From a virus: a stretch of 64,000 nucleotides of DNA. Under the pieces are notes generated by a model, which worked only from the letters and a program-made list of their open reading frames with translations, was not told where the DNA came from and searched no databases. A program made the position numbers and the translations under genes. Of the stretch, positions 21,288 through 32,200 are shown one piece after another; positions within the stretch are counted from its first letter, which is position 1; every line of letters starts with the position of its first letter. The stretch is taken from the IMG/VR virus record IMGVR_UViG_3300027763_000029; one strand, 5' to 3'.

Positions 21288-21524
21288 TTATGCAAATTGG
21301 TAGTAGAAAGATAGTCTTTTTGTGGTTTCCTTAGCTACAAAACTAAAGCTTTCTGGGAAAATTATTGATTGTGTATTATTCATATTTTTAATGAATACTG
21401 TATATTTACGACCAGGAATCAAATCTTCAACATCAACCATAAGCGAACTTGGAATATGACAAGAATCACTTGATTGATTGATTATATTTCCATCTGGGAA
21501 TGATATTGTTAAGTCTTTGACCAT
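21288..21524 (-). CDS. Small protein consisting of the N-terminal part of the Cys-bracketed Ig-like module B
   Basis: SCHIPSSLMVDVEDLIPGRKYTVFI...IFPESFSF aligns with the first part of module B in the 48.9-58.4 kb genes; strong TAAGGAG Shine-Dalgarno and its own GTGTAT motif. Confidence 0.7.
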   Translation of the reverse strand: MVKDLTISFPDGNIINQSSDSCHIPSSLMVDVEDLIPGRKYTVFIKNMNNTQSIIFPESFSFVAKETTKRLSFYYQFA

Positions 21525-21547
21525 ATTCTGATACTCCTTAAGAATAA

Positions 21548-21554
21548 ATACACC
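21548..21554 (-). promoter_or_regulatory. RGTGTAT motif, putative late promoter
   Basis: ATACACC on + strand, 24 nt upstream of start 21524. Confidence 0.55.
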
Positions 21555-21613
21555 AAATCGGATTCGTAATTTAAAGGCTATTTTATATTCGCTACTATAT
21601 CTATAGTATCTTA

Positions 21614-24274
21614 TTAGCTTGGAACTGTCAATTGGACAATATTACTATTTATACCATATTCACGAGTTCCACCGCCTGCCTCTACAACTACATCTGTTTT
21701 AACTATGCAACGATAGTATTTACCATTATCATTAGCGTAGGTGAGCCCAGTAAGATTTAATGTGCTAGAGGTTGCACCAGGAATATAAGTTAATTGCGCA
21801 TTTCCGTTTTGTTGTGGGGTGAGGGACGAACCCCTATACCATTGATATGTTGGAGTTTCTGTTCCTACAACGGTTACAGGATAAGAAAATGTTGCATTTC
21901 CTCCTACTGCCGTTTGTGGTTGTAGGATAGGTTGTGTCGAGTAAGGATAGTTACTAGACGTATCATTAGCAATAGCCCAAACCTTTAATCCTACTAAGGA
22001 ACCATTGTTACCATCGATATTAAATGTAAAATAGTCACCAGCAACAACATCTCCAACATATAATCCACTGCCAGTAGTATTATTTAAATTAATCAAATAA
22101 GTACTTTCTCTAATCCTACTATAATAATCAATAGGATCGTTTTTCCTGATATATGTTTCAGTATAGGTATTTTCGTCTTGTGAATAACTAGAAGAATTCC
22201 ATTTAATATGAATTTTACCAGGAGCACCTATTGATAAACATAAACTAGTATTAACTGGAAATGATGCTTTTCTAAATGCAGTAGCTTCAGAAACTCCAGC
22301 ATATCCACTATCCCATCCACCACACGCAGATGCTCCGATAGCAGAAAGAGACGCTATAATAGTTGGTATAGCATATATTTCGACATTAGAGAAAAGTTGA
22401 GATCCATCTTTTTCGCTACTTTCAATTGTTATTATATCATTAGCAACAACTGAGAATGTGGTAGTCCTGTTTGTGCCGGTCGATACGCTATACATTGAAG
22501 TTTTAGATCCTCCAGTAGTCTTGTATACTATAGCAGAACCGTCAGCGCCATCTTGATCTAAAAAGTCAAATTCCACAGTAATAGCAGCGGCGGCATTAAC
22601 TGTCCAAGAATAGCGGGTCAATCCATTAACATCAATATCCACAACAGAGTCTGCTCTAAAATAATGACTAGATTCTGTTCCGATTCCTGAGAAAGACGAT
22701 GTATTTCCACCGCCATTAGAACGAGAAATTGTTAAAAGTCTAGGAGGTGGAGATGAAGTTGGTGTTAATGTTTGTGTAGCTGTTAATGTTGGTGTTGAAG
22801 TTACTGCTGGAGTTATGGTTTGTGTTAATGTTGGAGTAACTGTTGTTGTAGCTGTAATGGTTTGAGTAATCGTTGCTGTTATTGTTGGGGTAGCTGTAAC
22901 TGTTGGAGTAATTGTTCCTGTTACTGTTTTTGTTACCGTTACTGTTGGAGTAATTGTCGAAGTAATAGTTGGAGTAACTGTTGAAGTAGTTGTTGGGGTT
23001 GGACTAACAGGGGTAGCTGTTACTGTTGGAGTAGCTGTAGCTGTTACCGTTTCTGTCACTGTTGCCGTTGGGGTTGCTGTTTGAGTGGCTGTTGGTGTTG
23101 GACTAAGAGGAGTAGCTGTTACTGTTGGAGTAGGTGTTACTGTTGGGGTGGTAACAGCAGTTTTTGTTGGGGTTGGCGTAACCGTCGAAGTTCGTGTTGG
23201 GGTTGGTGAAACAACAATAGATCCGTTTCCTATACCGTCAGCACTAATGATTGATGGAGGACTATCGCTTTGGGTAGGATAAGTCCAATAGCCAGCATTT
23301 AGACCTCCGCTCTTATAATATGCTGCCTTATACCATTCATCTTCTGTTGGAATATGATATTTTGCACCACTATTCTTATCAACTGTTCCACCACTAGTTT
23401 TTCCATTTAAAGTATATGCTCCATCTTCTGTGGTAGTATTATCTTGCAATCCGCTAGGCTTGTTATTATGTATCCAGTTTGCGTATCTTGCAGCATCAAA
23501 CCAGCTTACATATGCTACTGGTTTATTACCATAATTTGCTTTAACACTATATAAATAGCTACCATTATTCCCGCTACGAATTATGCCTCCTCTTGATATT
23601 CCCATTTCAGCTTTATATAGACCATACTCATCTGTTGAAGCAATAGAATTTAAAAAATCTTTATATTCGTTATTTGTCACAAGATATTTTTGTATGAAAT
23701 AATCATACCTAACTCGCCCCTTTTCTCCACCAAAAAAAACAGCATTGTCTTCAAGAGTATTTAGAAATCTAGTATCAGCAATATTGTTGCTGTCTTCAAC
23801 ACTAACAAAATTAGGTAAAGAATAAATATTAGAGATACTAGCTAAACGAAAGCCATTATTTGGAGCCGATGAGTTTGGATTACCAATATTATTATGCAAA
23901 GGACTTAAAACACTGTATCCTACCCCCAACCAAGATCCTCCCCTAACATAACCTGAAGGACTAGCAAGCCCATCCAAGCTATTCCATTCATTTAGCTGTC
24001 CACCCATATCATAAGTGCCATATGCTCCTGGCCCCCCATTAGTTCCAACACTTGTTAAATTACCTTCGAATCCATCTGAAGGATTATCCCATGTGGCACC
24101 CCTCCAGAAATTAGCAGTATTTGCACCAATAATAAGTTTTGGGGTATTGACTACATAATTGGTAAAAGCTCCTTGACCCATAGAATTAACTGCTGCTACC
24201 CTTACTCTATAGGATGCTCCATTTTTTAACTTGCTTAGTGTATAGGCCGTATTTGAAGTATTAACTATGGTCAT
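21614..24274 (-). CDS. Modular appendage protein: half-FN3, permuted FGE/CLec domain, Thr/Pro stalk, two beta modules, Ig domain
   Basis: N-terminal YTLSKLKNGASYRVRVAAVNSMGQG; FGE motifs [34 protein letters not shown]; C-terminal Ig PTYQWYR...YYRCIV. Confidence 0.75.
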   Translation of the reverse strand: MTIVNTSNTAYTLSKLKNGASYRVRVAAVNSMGQGAFTNYVVNTPKLIIGANTANFWRGATWDNPSDGFEGNLTSVGTNGGPGAYGTYDMGGQLNEWNSLDGLASPSGYVRGGSWLGVGYSVLSPLHNNIGNPNSSAPNNGFRLASISNIYSLPNFVSVEDSNNIADTRFLNTLEDNAVFFGGEKGRVRYDYFIQKYLVTNNEYKDFLNSIASTDEYGLYKAEMGISRGGIIRSGNNGSYLYSVKANYGNKPVAYVSWFDAARYANWIHNNKPSGLQDNTTTEDGAYTLNGKTSGGTVDKNSGAKYHIPTEDEWYKAAYYKSGGLNAGYWTYPTQSDSPPSIISADGIGNGSIVVSPTPTRTSTVTPTPTKTAVTTPTVTPTPTVTATPLSPTPTATQTATPTATVTETVTATATPTVTATPVSPTPTTTSTVTPTITSTITPTVTVTKTVTGTITPTVTATPTITATITQTITATTTVTPTLTQTITPAVTSTPTLTATQTLTPTSSPPPRLLTISRSNGGGNTSSFSGIGTESSHYFRADSVVDIDVNGLTRYSWTVNAAAAITVEFDFLDQDGADGSAIVYKTTGGSKTSMYSVSTGTNRTTTFSVVANDIITIESSEKDGSQLFSNVEIYAIPTIIASLSAIGASACGGWDSGYAGVSEATAFRKASFPVNTSLCLSIGAPGKIHIKWNSSSYSQDENTYTETYIRKNDPIDYYSRIRESTYLINLNNTTGSGLYVGDVVAGDYFTFNIDGNNGSLVGLKVWAIANDTSSNYPYSTQPILQPQTAVGGNATFSYPVTVVGTETPTYQWYRGSSLTPQQNGNAQLTYIPGATSSTLNLTGLTYANDNGKYYRCIVKTDVVVEAGGGTREYGINSNIVQLTVPS

Positions 24275-24309
24275 TTAAATTTCCTAATAAATCATATTGA
24301 TAATAAATA

Positions 24310-24316
24310 ATACACC
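24310..24316 (-). promoter_or_regulatory. RGTGTAT motif, putative late promoter
   Basis: ATACACC in the intergenic gap, 36 nt upstream of start 24274. Confidence 0.55.
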
Positions 24317-24325
24317 TATCAAAAA

Positions 24326-26275
24326 TTAACTAATAAACGTGAAACCTGACGGAATAGAACCTACTGACATATTAATACTAATTTCTGCAAGAGTATTGCC
24401 AACCCTATAAGGACAAGCTGCTGGAAATAGATCTCCAATTAGTGTGGAAATATCTATGCCACCAGATGCCGATGACGGATTAGCACCAGCATCGTTATTC
24501 CAATAGCCGGCAGTAACTCTAAACCAGATTAAATTATTAACTCTATCAACCGCAACGTCTATAGTATTATTTGAGAATCTAGCTATTGTATTTATGACCC
24601 TATTGTTTAAATAAACTGATCCATCATCATAGTAGCCTATAGAAGCATTTCCATCCGATGAACCCAAATAAGAAGATAAATTAGAATTTATATTACCAAC
24701 TCCAACACCAGCATATCCAGAAATACTATTGCTTACAAACATACTAAATATAACTTTTTGACCAGATAAGATAGCTCTATTTGTTAGAGTAGTAGTTTCT
24801 GTAGCAGCATCAATACTAATATTTGTATATGTATATGTAGCTGTTTTATTGTTAGGATTAATAGAGATATATGGTCCTGTATGATTAATATCAAAAATAA
24901 ATGGTATTATTGATTTACTAGGTGTTACTGTTGGTGTTGCGGTGAGCGTGGTGGTTGGAGTTGGGGTAAATCCTCTAGTTGATGTGATAGTATTAGTAGG
25001 AGTGGTAGTAGGAGTTATTGATTTAGTAGGGGTGACTGTTTGTGTTATTGTTGGTGTTGGTGTTGGAGTAGGTGGTCCAATAACTGATGCTCCAACGGTA
25101 TTTTTAATCATAATGTAGTATTGGTCTTTTTCTAGACTTACTAAACTATTATAATTTCCGTCTATAGCATTTTGATTAGTAATCCAAGTGGAAAATCCAT
25201 TCTTATTTTTATTAAGACCATGAATACATGAAACGCTATTAATCCAATCTGCCGGATTTAAATCAATATTCGGTCCAGTATATTTGATAATACTAATTGG
25301 TTTATTTAAAATTACTGACGAATTATTAGAGTATGGAGCTGTTTGCTGTAATAAGACATAATCTGGTCTTTCGCTTTTGCTAATAACAAGATAGTTTTTG
25401 TGGGGTTCTAAAATCTCTAATGAATTAGATTGAATATCTGGATCATACTCGACATATCCTTTTCCATCTTCTGATATTCCAATTATTTTTTCTATTTGAG
25501 ATAATACATTACCTCCTAAACTATCAATATTTATAGACTCTATGCTTGATGATGATGGATATGCTTCTGTCGGAATGTCGATAGTTGAATTAGTATACCC
25601 TCTACTAAATCCATTAGTTATTCTAAAATCATCGATATAACCTTTAAAATAAGCATTAGCACCAAAATAATAAGTCATAAAACCCATCGATTGATCAAAA
25701 GAATATTCAGTATTATCAATTATTGTATTGCTTCTTTTTATACCATCAATATAAAGTCTATTTGATGATCCTGATCTGGAAATAGCAAAGTGCTGCCACT
25801 TATTATTTAATAAATAGCTGTTTAGATTTGTAAAACTTAATTGATAATTTACTATTCCAGCACCTAGTTTCAATTCTCCTGATGAACAATTTAAATAAAT
25901 ACCATTATCAGATCCTGATATTGGCTTTAGAATATATCCACTATCTGTAAAGTCCGCCTTCTTCATCCACCATTCGATAGCAAAATCTCCAGTTAAAGAT
26001 ACTGATTGTGTTCCATTTAATGTAAAGTATCCATTTGAATAAGGTCCAAGATTAGGATTATAAAAACTTCCAGAACCAAATACCTTATCAGATGAAGATA
26101 TACCTGCTGTAGAATTAGCCGTAACAGAACGATTATATATTGATGAATCAGTAAGCGAATTTCCACTTAATAATAAAGCAACTTGAGAATAATATGGATC
26201 AGTATTACCAGTATAAGTAAAAAAACAATATTTGCTATTAATTAGTAATGGTTTTGGATAAAAGCAATTATTCAT
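24326..26275 (-). CDS. Modular appendage protein: module A interrupted by a LamG-like domain, second module A, Thr/Pro stalk, SPRY-like domain
   Basis: LamG WQHFAISRSG...GYIDDFRIT; SPRY-like IDVAVDRVNNLIWFR...W...ANP. Start at 26275 avoids overlap with the upstream gene (the ORF track start is 26305). Confidence 0.7.
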   Translation of the reverse strand: MNNCFYPKPLLINSKYCFFTYTGNTDPYYSQVALLLSGNSLTDSSIYNRSVTANSTAGISSSDKVFGSGSFYNPNLGPYSNGYFTLNGTQSVSLTGDFAIEWWMKKADFTDSGYILKPISGSDNGIYLNCSSGELKLGAGIVNYQLSFTNLNSYLLNNKWQHFAISRSGSSNRLYIDGIKRSNTIIDNTEYSFDQSMGFMTYYFGANAYFKGYIDDFRITNGFSRGYTNSTIDIPTEAYPSSSSIESINIDSLGGNVLSQIEKIIGISEDGKGYVEYDPDIQSNSLEILEPHKNYLVISKSERPDYVLLQQTAPYSNNSSVILNKPISIIKYTGPNIDLNPADWINSVSCIHGLNKNKNGFSTWITNQNAIDGNYNSLVSLEKDQYYIMIKNTVGASVIGPPTPTPTPTITQTVTPTKSITPTTTPTNTITSTRGFTPTPTTTLTATPTVTPSKSIIPFIFDINHTGPYISINPNNKTATYTYTNISIDAATETTTLTNRAILSGQKVIFSMFVSNSISGYAGVGVGNINSNLSSYLGSSDGNASIGYYDDGSVYLNNRVINTIARFSNNTIDVAVDRVNNLIWFRVTAGYWNNDAGANPSSASGGIDISTLIGDLFPAACPYRVGNTLAEISINMSVGSIPSGFTFIS

Positions 26276-26288
26276 AATATTTATGTCT

Positions 26289-29200
26289 CTAGTATATTGG
26301 CTCAAACTGTATCATTGAGAAGGTATTTGCAAATAGACCTATTCCAGGAGAATTTGATCCATAAAGAGATATTCTATTTATCATAGTAGGATAACGATTT
26401 AATGTGTCAAAATAGAACTCCCTTGATGTTGTACTAATTGTTAGTTGAGATTGTGATATATAAAAACCTCCACTAAAAGTATTTACATATATTGACTGGC
26501 CACCATTTACTGCATCTTGCCATCCTGTGGTAAGAGGACCAAAAGCATACTTAAAGCCTCTTATAGGAGTCCAAACAGGGAAAACAACAGATATCTTAAA
26601 ACCGTCTCTTTCTGTGTGAGTATTTATATATGTATTATAATCTTGAGTAGATAAATATCTGTATCTAGTATTGTCATTTAAGAAACTCAATAATGGAGGA
26701 TATGTTGTTTGGTTGACAACAGATGCTCTAGACATATCTGGATAGTTCGATTCAACACTGCTCCAACCATATCCGTCTATTATTGGTTGTCCAAAATTAT
26801 CTAAATAATAGGGGGTGGGGTAGTAGGGCGGGGCTACTCTGTAGATAGGAACACGAACACCAAAACTAAAACTCTTCTGATAAAAATATTCATTAACAAT
26901 ATAAGGTCTTGGAGTGCGTGTTGGGGTTGATGTTATTGCTGGCGTTGGCGTGAATGGTGGTGTTGGAGAAACAGATGGTGTTGGATATGGTGTTTGAGAT
27001 AGAGATGGGGTTGGTGTTGGTACATTTAGATAGTCTACAACTAACTCAACAGGCATTGTATTTGATATGTCGTCAAATATTTGTAAAACAACTATACCTC
27101 CATTATTACCCACCGAATCATAGTAACCAACAAATAGATTATCTTCCAAATTACAAGTATTACAATTCTTCTCAGACGCTATTGCTATAGACGTTACTAT
27201 TTTACCTGGAATATTTAGATTTATGATATTAACTATTTGATCAGAATCTGTATTGATGCATGCTACTTTATTGGTGTCTAATAAAACATATAGTATATTT
27301 TTATGGTATTCCATAGCAACTGGTTTTGCATTATCTGCGAAAGGTACACGATATAAGCTATTAGCAACCCAGTTCTCTACAAAAACTTCTTGAGTATTAT
27401 TTTGATTGGCGGTCTCTGATAGTACATGAACGCCTGGATTATCTCCTATATCAGATATATATACTTTTCCGTTAGTTCTCATATACGAAGAATTATTACC
27501 ATAGAAATATTTTGCATTATTATTCGGACAAAGAACTTGGCCTGGTTCACTACCTTCTGGCAACATGCAATACCTATTAGATATAGCATTTGTTCCATAT
27601 ATAAAAATAACTGGTACAAGTTTCCATATTTTTGTAAGATCTGGTTGAGCAAAAAATGCTCTTACAAGAGCAGCAACATAAACACATCCCGCGGTTGAAC
27701 TATAGTCCAAACCCCTAGCATAAGTACCACCAATAGTATTTCTTATATTAGTTTTGAAAAACTCACTATTAGTAAATGGTCTTTCTGGATCGTTAGAGTA
27801 GAAAAAAGATCCATAGTCTATTCTGCAGTCATTACTGGTATTATTGCTGGAACAGAAAGCAGATTCTCCTGGTAGCCAATATTGTCGATCCAAACTTAGT
27901 CCTACAGTTTTATTATTTGTTCCCATCATTGTTTGTTGAAGAGCAATTCCTACGTAGCCTGCATTATGATATTGCCCGGTTGGGAATCTGGAGTCTTCTA
28001 GATTACTAATATCGAAAGAATTAGAACCGTATGGTGCACTTATTCCAATGAAATTTGTTCCTTTGTTTTTAGTGTATCCACCAGTTGAAGAAAAAAATGT
28101 TGGGTCAGTAGTACCATAAAGTAATCCATATGATGTCGAACCAGTTTCGTCAAAAAATTTAGCAGAGGTCAATCTGTGTATTTTCTTTTCCGTTAGTCCA
28201 TAATAAGAACCTATATATAGACTATTATTTATTCTATATGCATTATTAAATTTTATTACATCTTTAATTTCACACCTTAATAATCCTCGACCATATTTAG
28301 GACTAAAGTTTAAAAGATGATTATCCGGTACACCAACATAGCTTGAAAGGTGTTTATCGGAAGCTATCGCTTGAACACCACCACTAACATTTATAATTCC
28401 TCTTAATGAAAATTGAGTAATATTTATTGGGGTTGGAGAAGGACTTGGTGTTGGATATGGCGTTGGTGTTTTGGTTGGTGGTAAGGTTGCTACTATTCTG
28501 GACGTACCATCTCCTACCGCATTAGCACTTACGCAATATGGAATATCATCGGTCTGAGTGGCATAAGACCAATAGCCAGCGTCGGTACCTATTGCTTTAT
28601 AATATGCTGCTTTATACCATTCATTCCAGGTAGGAATATAATATTTTGCTGTGGTATTTCTGGATCTATTACCAGATGTTGCACCACTTATACTGTATGC
28701 TCCAGTCTCAGTGGTACTATTATTCTGAGGTCCTATTGGTTTGCTATTATGCAACCAGTTTGCGTATCTTGCAGCACTAAGCCAGCTAACAAAATTAACA
28801 GGTTTATTACCATAGTTTGTTTTAGTCGAATATGAGTAGCTTCCATCGCCTCCTGATCGGTTTATACCTCCTAATGATCCAGACATATTGGTATCGTATA
28901 CTCCATATAAGTCTGTGATTGCAATAGCATTCAAGAATTGAACATATTCGCTATTAGTAATCTCATATTTTTGTATCATATATGAATATGGAACGCTTCC
29001 TTTTCTGAATCCTGTAGTATCAGGAGCATTATTTGGATCTCCAACGGACATAAAATTAGAATAATTATTAGGATTAGTTAAAGTTGCTAAACGAAAGCCT
29101 ATATAAGAACGTCTATCATTAGATCCGGTGCCAGATATTAAGTTTTTATTATTAATTGAAGTGTCTGAATAATTACCCCCAGTATAACAATATGAGCCAA

Positions 29201-32200
29201 TACTAGGCGATTCATCGATCCATTCATCTATATTACCATCCATATCGTAAACGCCATAAGCACTTGGTCCGCCGTTAGTTCCAACAGTAGTTAGATTTCC
29301 GCTTGTGCCATTCCAAATAGCACAGCGACTCCAGTTTATACTATTAGCTCCAATTATACGCGGAGTTAGTGTTGGAGTTATTGTTGGCGTTGATGCTGGC
29401 GTTCGTGTCGGTGTTGAAGTTACGGTAGGCGTAGATGTTATAGCTGAAGTTTGTGTCTGAGTTACTGTTGTTGTTGACGTTACTGTTGGTGTTTTTGTTG
29501 GAGTTTGAGTTGCTGTTGATGTTCTGGTTGGAGTTGGTGTTGGCGTTGCAAATGAACCATCTCCAATACTATTAGATATTATCCGATCTGGCTGACTATT
29601 GCTCTGTGTAGCATAAGTCCAATATCCCGCATTGGTACTGCCTCCTTTATAATACGCGGCCTTGTACCATTCATTTTCGGTTGGAATATAATATTTTGCT
29701 CCAATTTTTCTTGATACAGTGTCTGTTCGTGCTGTTTTACCATTTAAAGCGTATGCTCCATCTTCAGTGGTACTACTATTTTGAAGTCCAGATGGTTTAC
29801 CATTATGCAACCAATTGCAGTAACGAGCAGCATCAAACCAATTCACATAGTTTACCGGCTTGTTGCCGTAATTATTTTTTACAGTATAAGAAAAGCTTCC
29901 ACTAGCTCCTGATTGGATTATCCCTCCTGGAGTACTAGCATAACCCATCAGATAAAAATACAATTGATATGTATCAGTTGCAGCAATAGCATTTAAAAAT
30001 TCAGCATACTCACTATTAGTAATTTCATATTTACCTATATGATACTCATATGCTACTGCTCCCCTACCAATACTTCCATACGTATTCAAAGTATCAGCAA
30101 GATTATTAGCGTCTCCAACGACTACAAAATTAGAATAATTATAAGGATTATTAGAGCTTGAGATACGAAAACCATACTGACTGGTCTTTGAAACTGGATT
30201 ATCGAATCCTCCTCCGTAAGATGATGTGAAAGGAATAGTAATATTAAATGCTCCACCCCTTATCTGCTTATCGGCATATGTATTGGTGCCGTCATAATCG
30301 TTCCATTCTTGAACATTGCCGTCCATATCATAAGTGCCATAAGCGCTTGGTCCACCATTGCTTCCAACCGAAGATACATTTCCATTTTTATTATCCCAAA
30401 CTACATAATTGTTGTAGTTAGCAGTATTAGCACCAAAAATACGCGATGTTGGTGTTGGCGTAGGTGTTTTTGTTTGACTAATTGTTGGCGTTATAGTGGG
30501 TGTTATAGCAGGTGTCTGAGTCGTTGTTGGAGTTACTGTATTGGTTGGTGTTAATGTCACTGTTGGGGTGATCGTTGATGTTTTTGTAGCTGTTATAGTA
30601 GCTGTTTGTGTGGCTGTGACTGTTGGGGTTATTGTTGATGTTACTGTTGAAGTAAGGGTTGGAGTAACCGTTAATGTTCGAGTAATGGTTTTTGTTATTG
30701 TCTGAGTGTTTGTGGGAGTTGTCGTAGAGGTAATTGTTGGCGTTATCGTTGAAGTAAGAGTGGGAGTAGAGGTTAATGTTGGAGTAGTAGTTTTTGTTAT
30801 CGTAGGAGTGGTTGTTGGTGTTATTGTTTGGGTTCTTGTTGGACTAATAGTATTAGTTTGGGTTATGGTTGTAGTAACTGTGGATGTAATGGTTGGAGTA
30901 ACAGTTTGAGTGAGAGTTGGAGTTGGACTAATTGGAGTAGCTGTGATAGTTGACGTAACGGTTGGAGTAACTGTCTGAGTGGACGTTGGTGTTGGGCTAA
31001 TTGGAGTAGCTGTAACAGTTGGAGTAACAGTTGGAGTGAGGGTTCTAGTTGCTGTTGATGTTACTGTGTTAGTTGGAGTTACGGTTGTTGTTGCTGTTCT
31101 TGTTACTGTTGGAGTAAATGTTGGACTCACAGTATTGGTGGGCGTTATTGTTGATGTTATAGACGGAGTAACAGTTGAAGTAGGCGTTAGTGATTGAGTA
31201 ACAGTTTGAGTTACCGTTGAGGTTGTTGTAACAGTTGGAGTTGCTGTTGATGTTACTGTGTTAGTTGGAGTTACGGTTGATGTTGCTGTTATTGTTACTG
31301 TTGGAGTAAATGTTGGACTCACAGTATTGGTGGGCGTTATTGTTGATGTTATAGATGGAGTAACAGTTGAGGTAGCGGTTAGTGATTGAGTAACCGTTTG
31401 GGTTACTGTTGATGTTACTGTAGTAGTTGGAGTTACGGTTGATGTTACTGTGTTAGTTGGGGTTACTGTTAATGTTGGCGTTATTGTTGATGTTACTGTA
31501 TTGGTTGGAGTTAATGTCGGAGTTACTGTGTTAGTCGGAGTTAATGTGGGAGTTTCTTTGTTAGTTGGTGTTATTGTTGTAGTTGCCGTAACTGTTGGCG
31601 TTATTGTGGAAGTTGCTGTATTAGTTGGTGTTATTGAGTTTGTTGGCGTAAAAGTTGGAGTTATCGTTGGAGTAACCGTTGAACTGACCGTTACTGTTGG
31701 CGTAATTGTTGGAGTTACTGTCGGAGTTTTAGTAGCCGCAGGAGTTGATGTTGAAGTTGGTGTTCTTGTTGGAGTTGTTGTATTGGTTGGTGTGGGGGTT
31801 GGACTTGCTAATGGACCATAACCTATATTATTTACATTTATCCCATATGGAGCACTATTACTCTGAGTAGCATACTGCCAATAGCCAGCGTCGGTACCTC
31901 CTCCTTTATAGTAAGCTGCTTTAAACCATTCATTTTTAGTTGGTATACAGTATTTTGCTCCAACTTTTCTCGTTGTACTAGTTCCACTACCTATTCCATT
32001 TAGAGCATAAGCTCCATCTTCAGTGGTGCTGCTATCTTGAATTCCATTTGGTTTGTTGTTGTGCAACCAGTTTGCATAGCGAGCAGTATCAAACCAACTA
32101 ACATAATTAACGGGTTTATTTTCATAATTATTTTTAGTTGAATAAGTATAACTGCCACTAATTCCTGATCGCAATATGCCTCCACCAGCAGCTGCCATAT

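Noticed and set aside
21593-21608. Inverted repeat TACTATA-TC-TATAGTA after the 21614 stop
   Set aside because: Short and AT-rich, plausible by chance, single occurrence.
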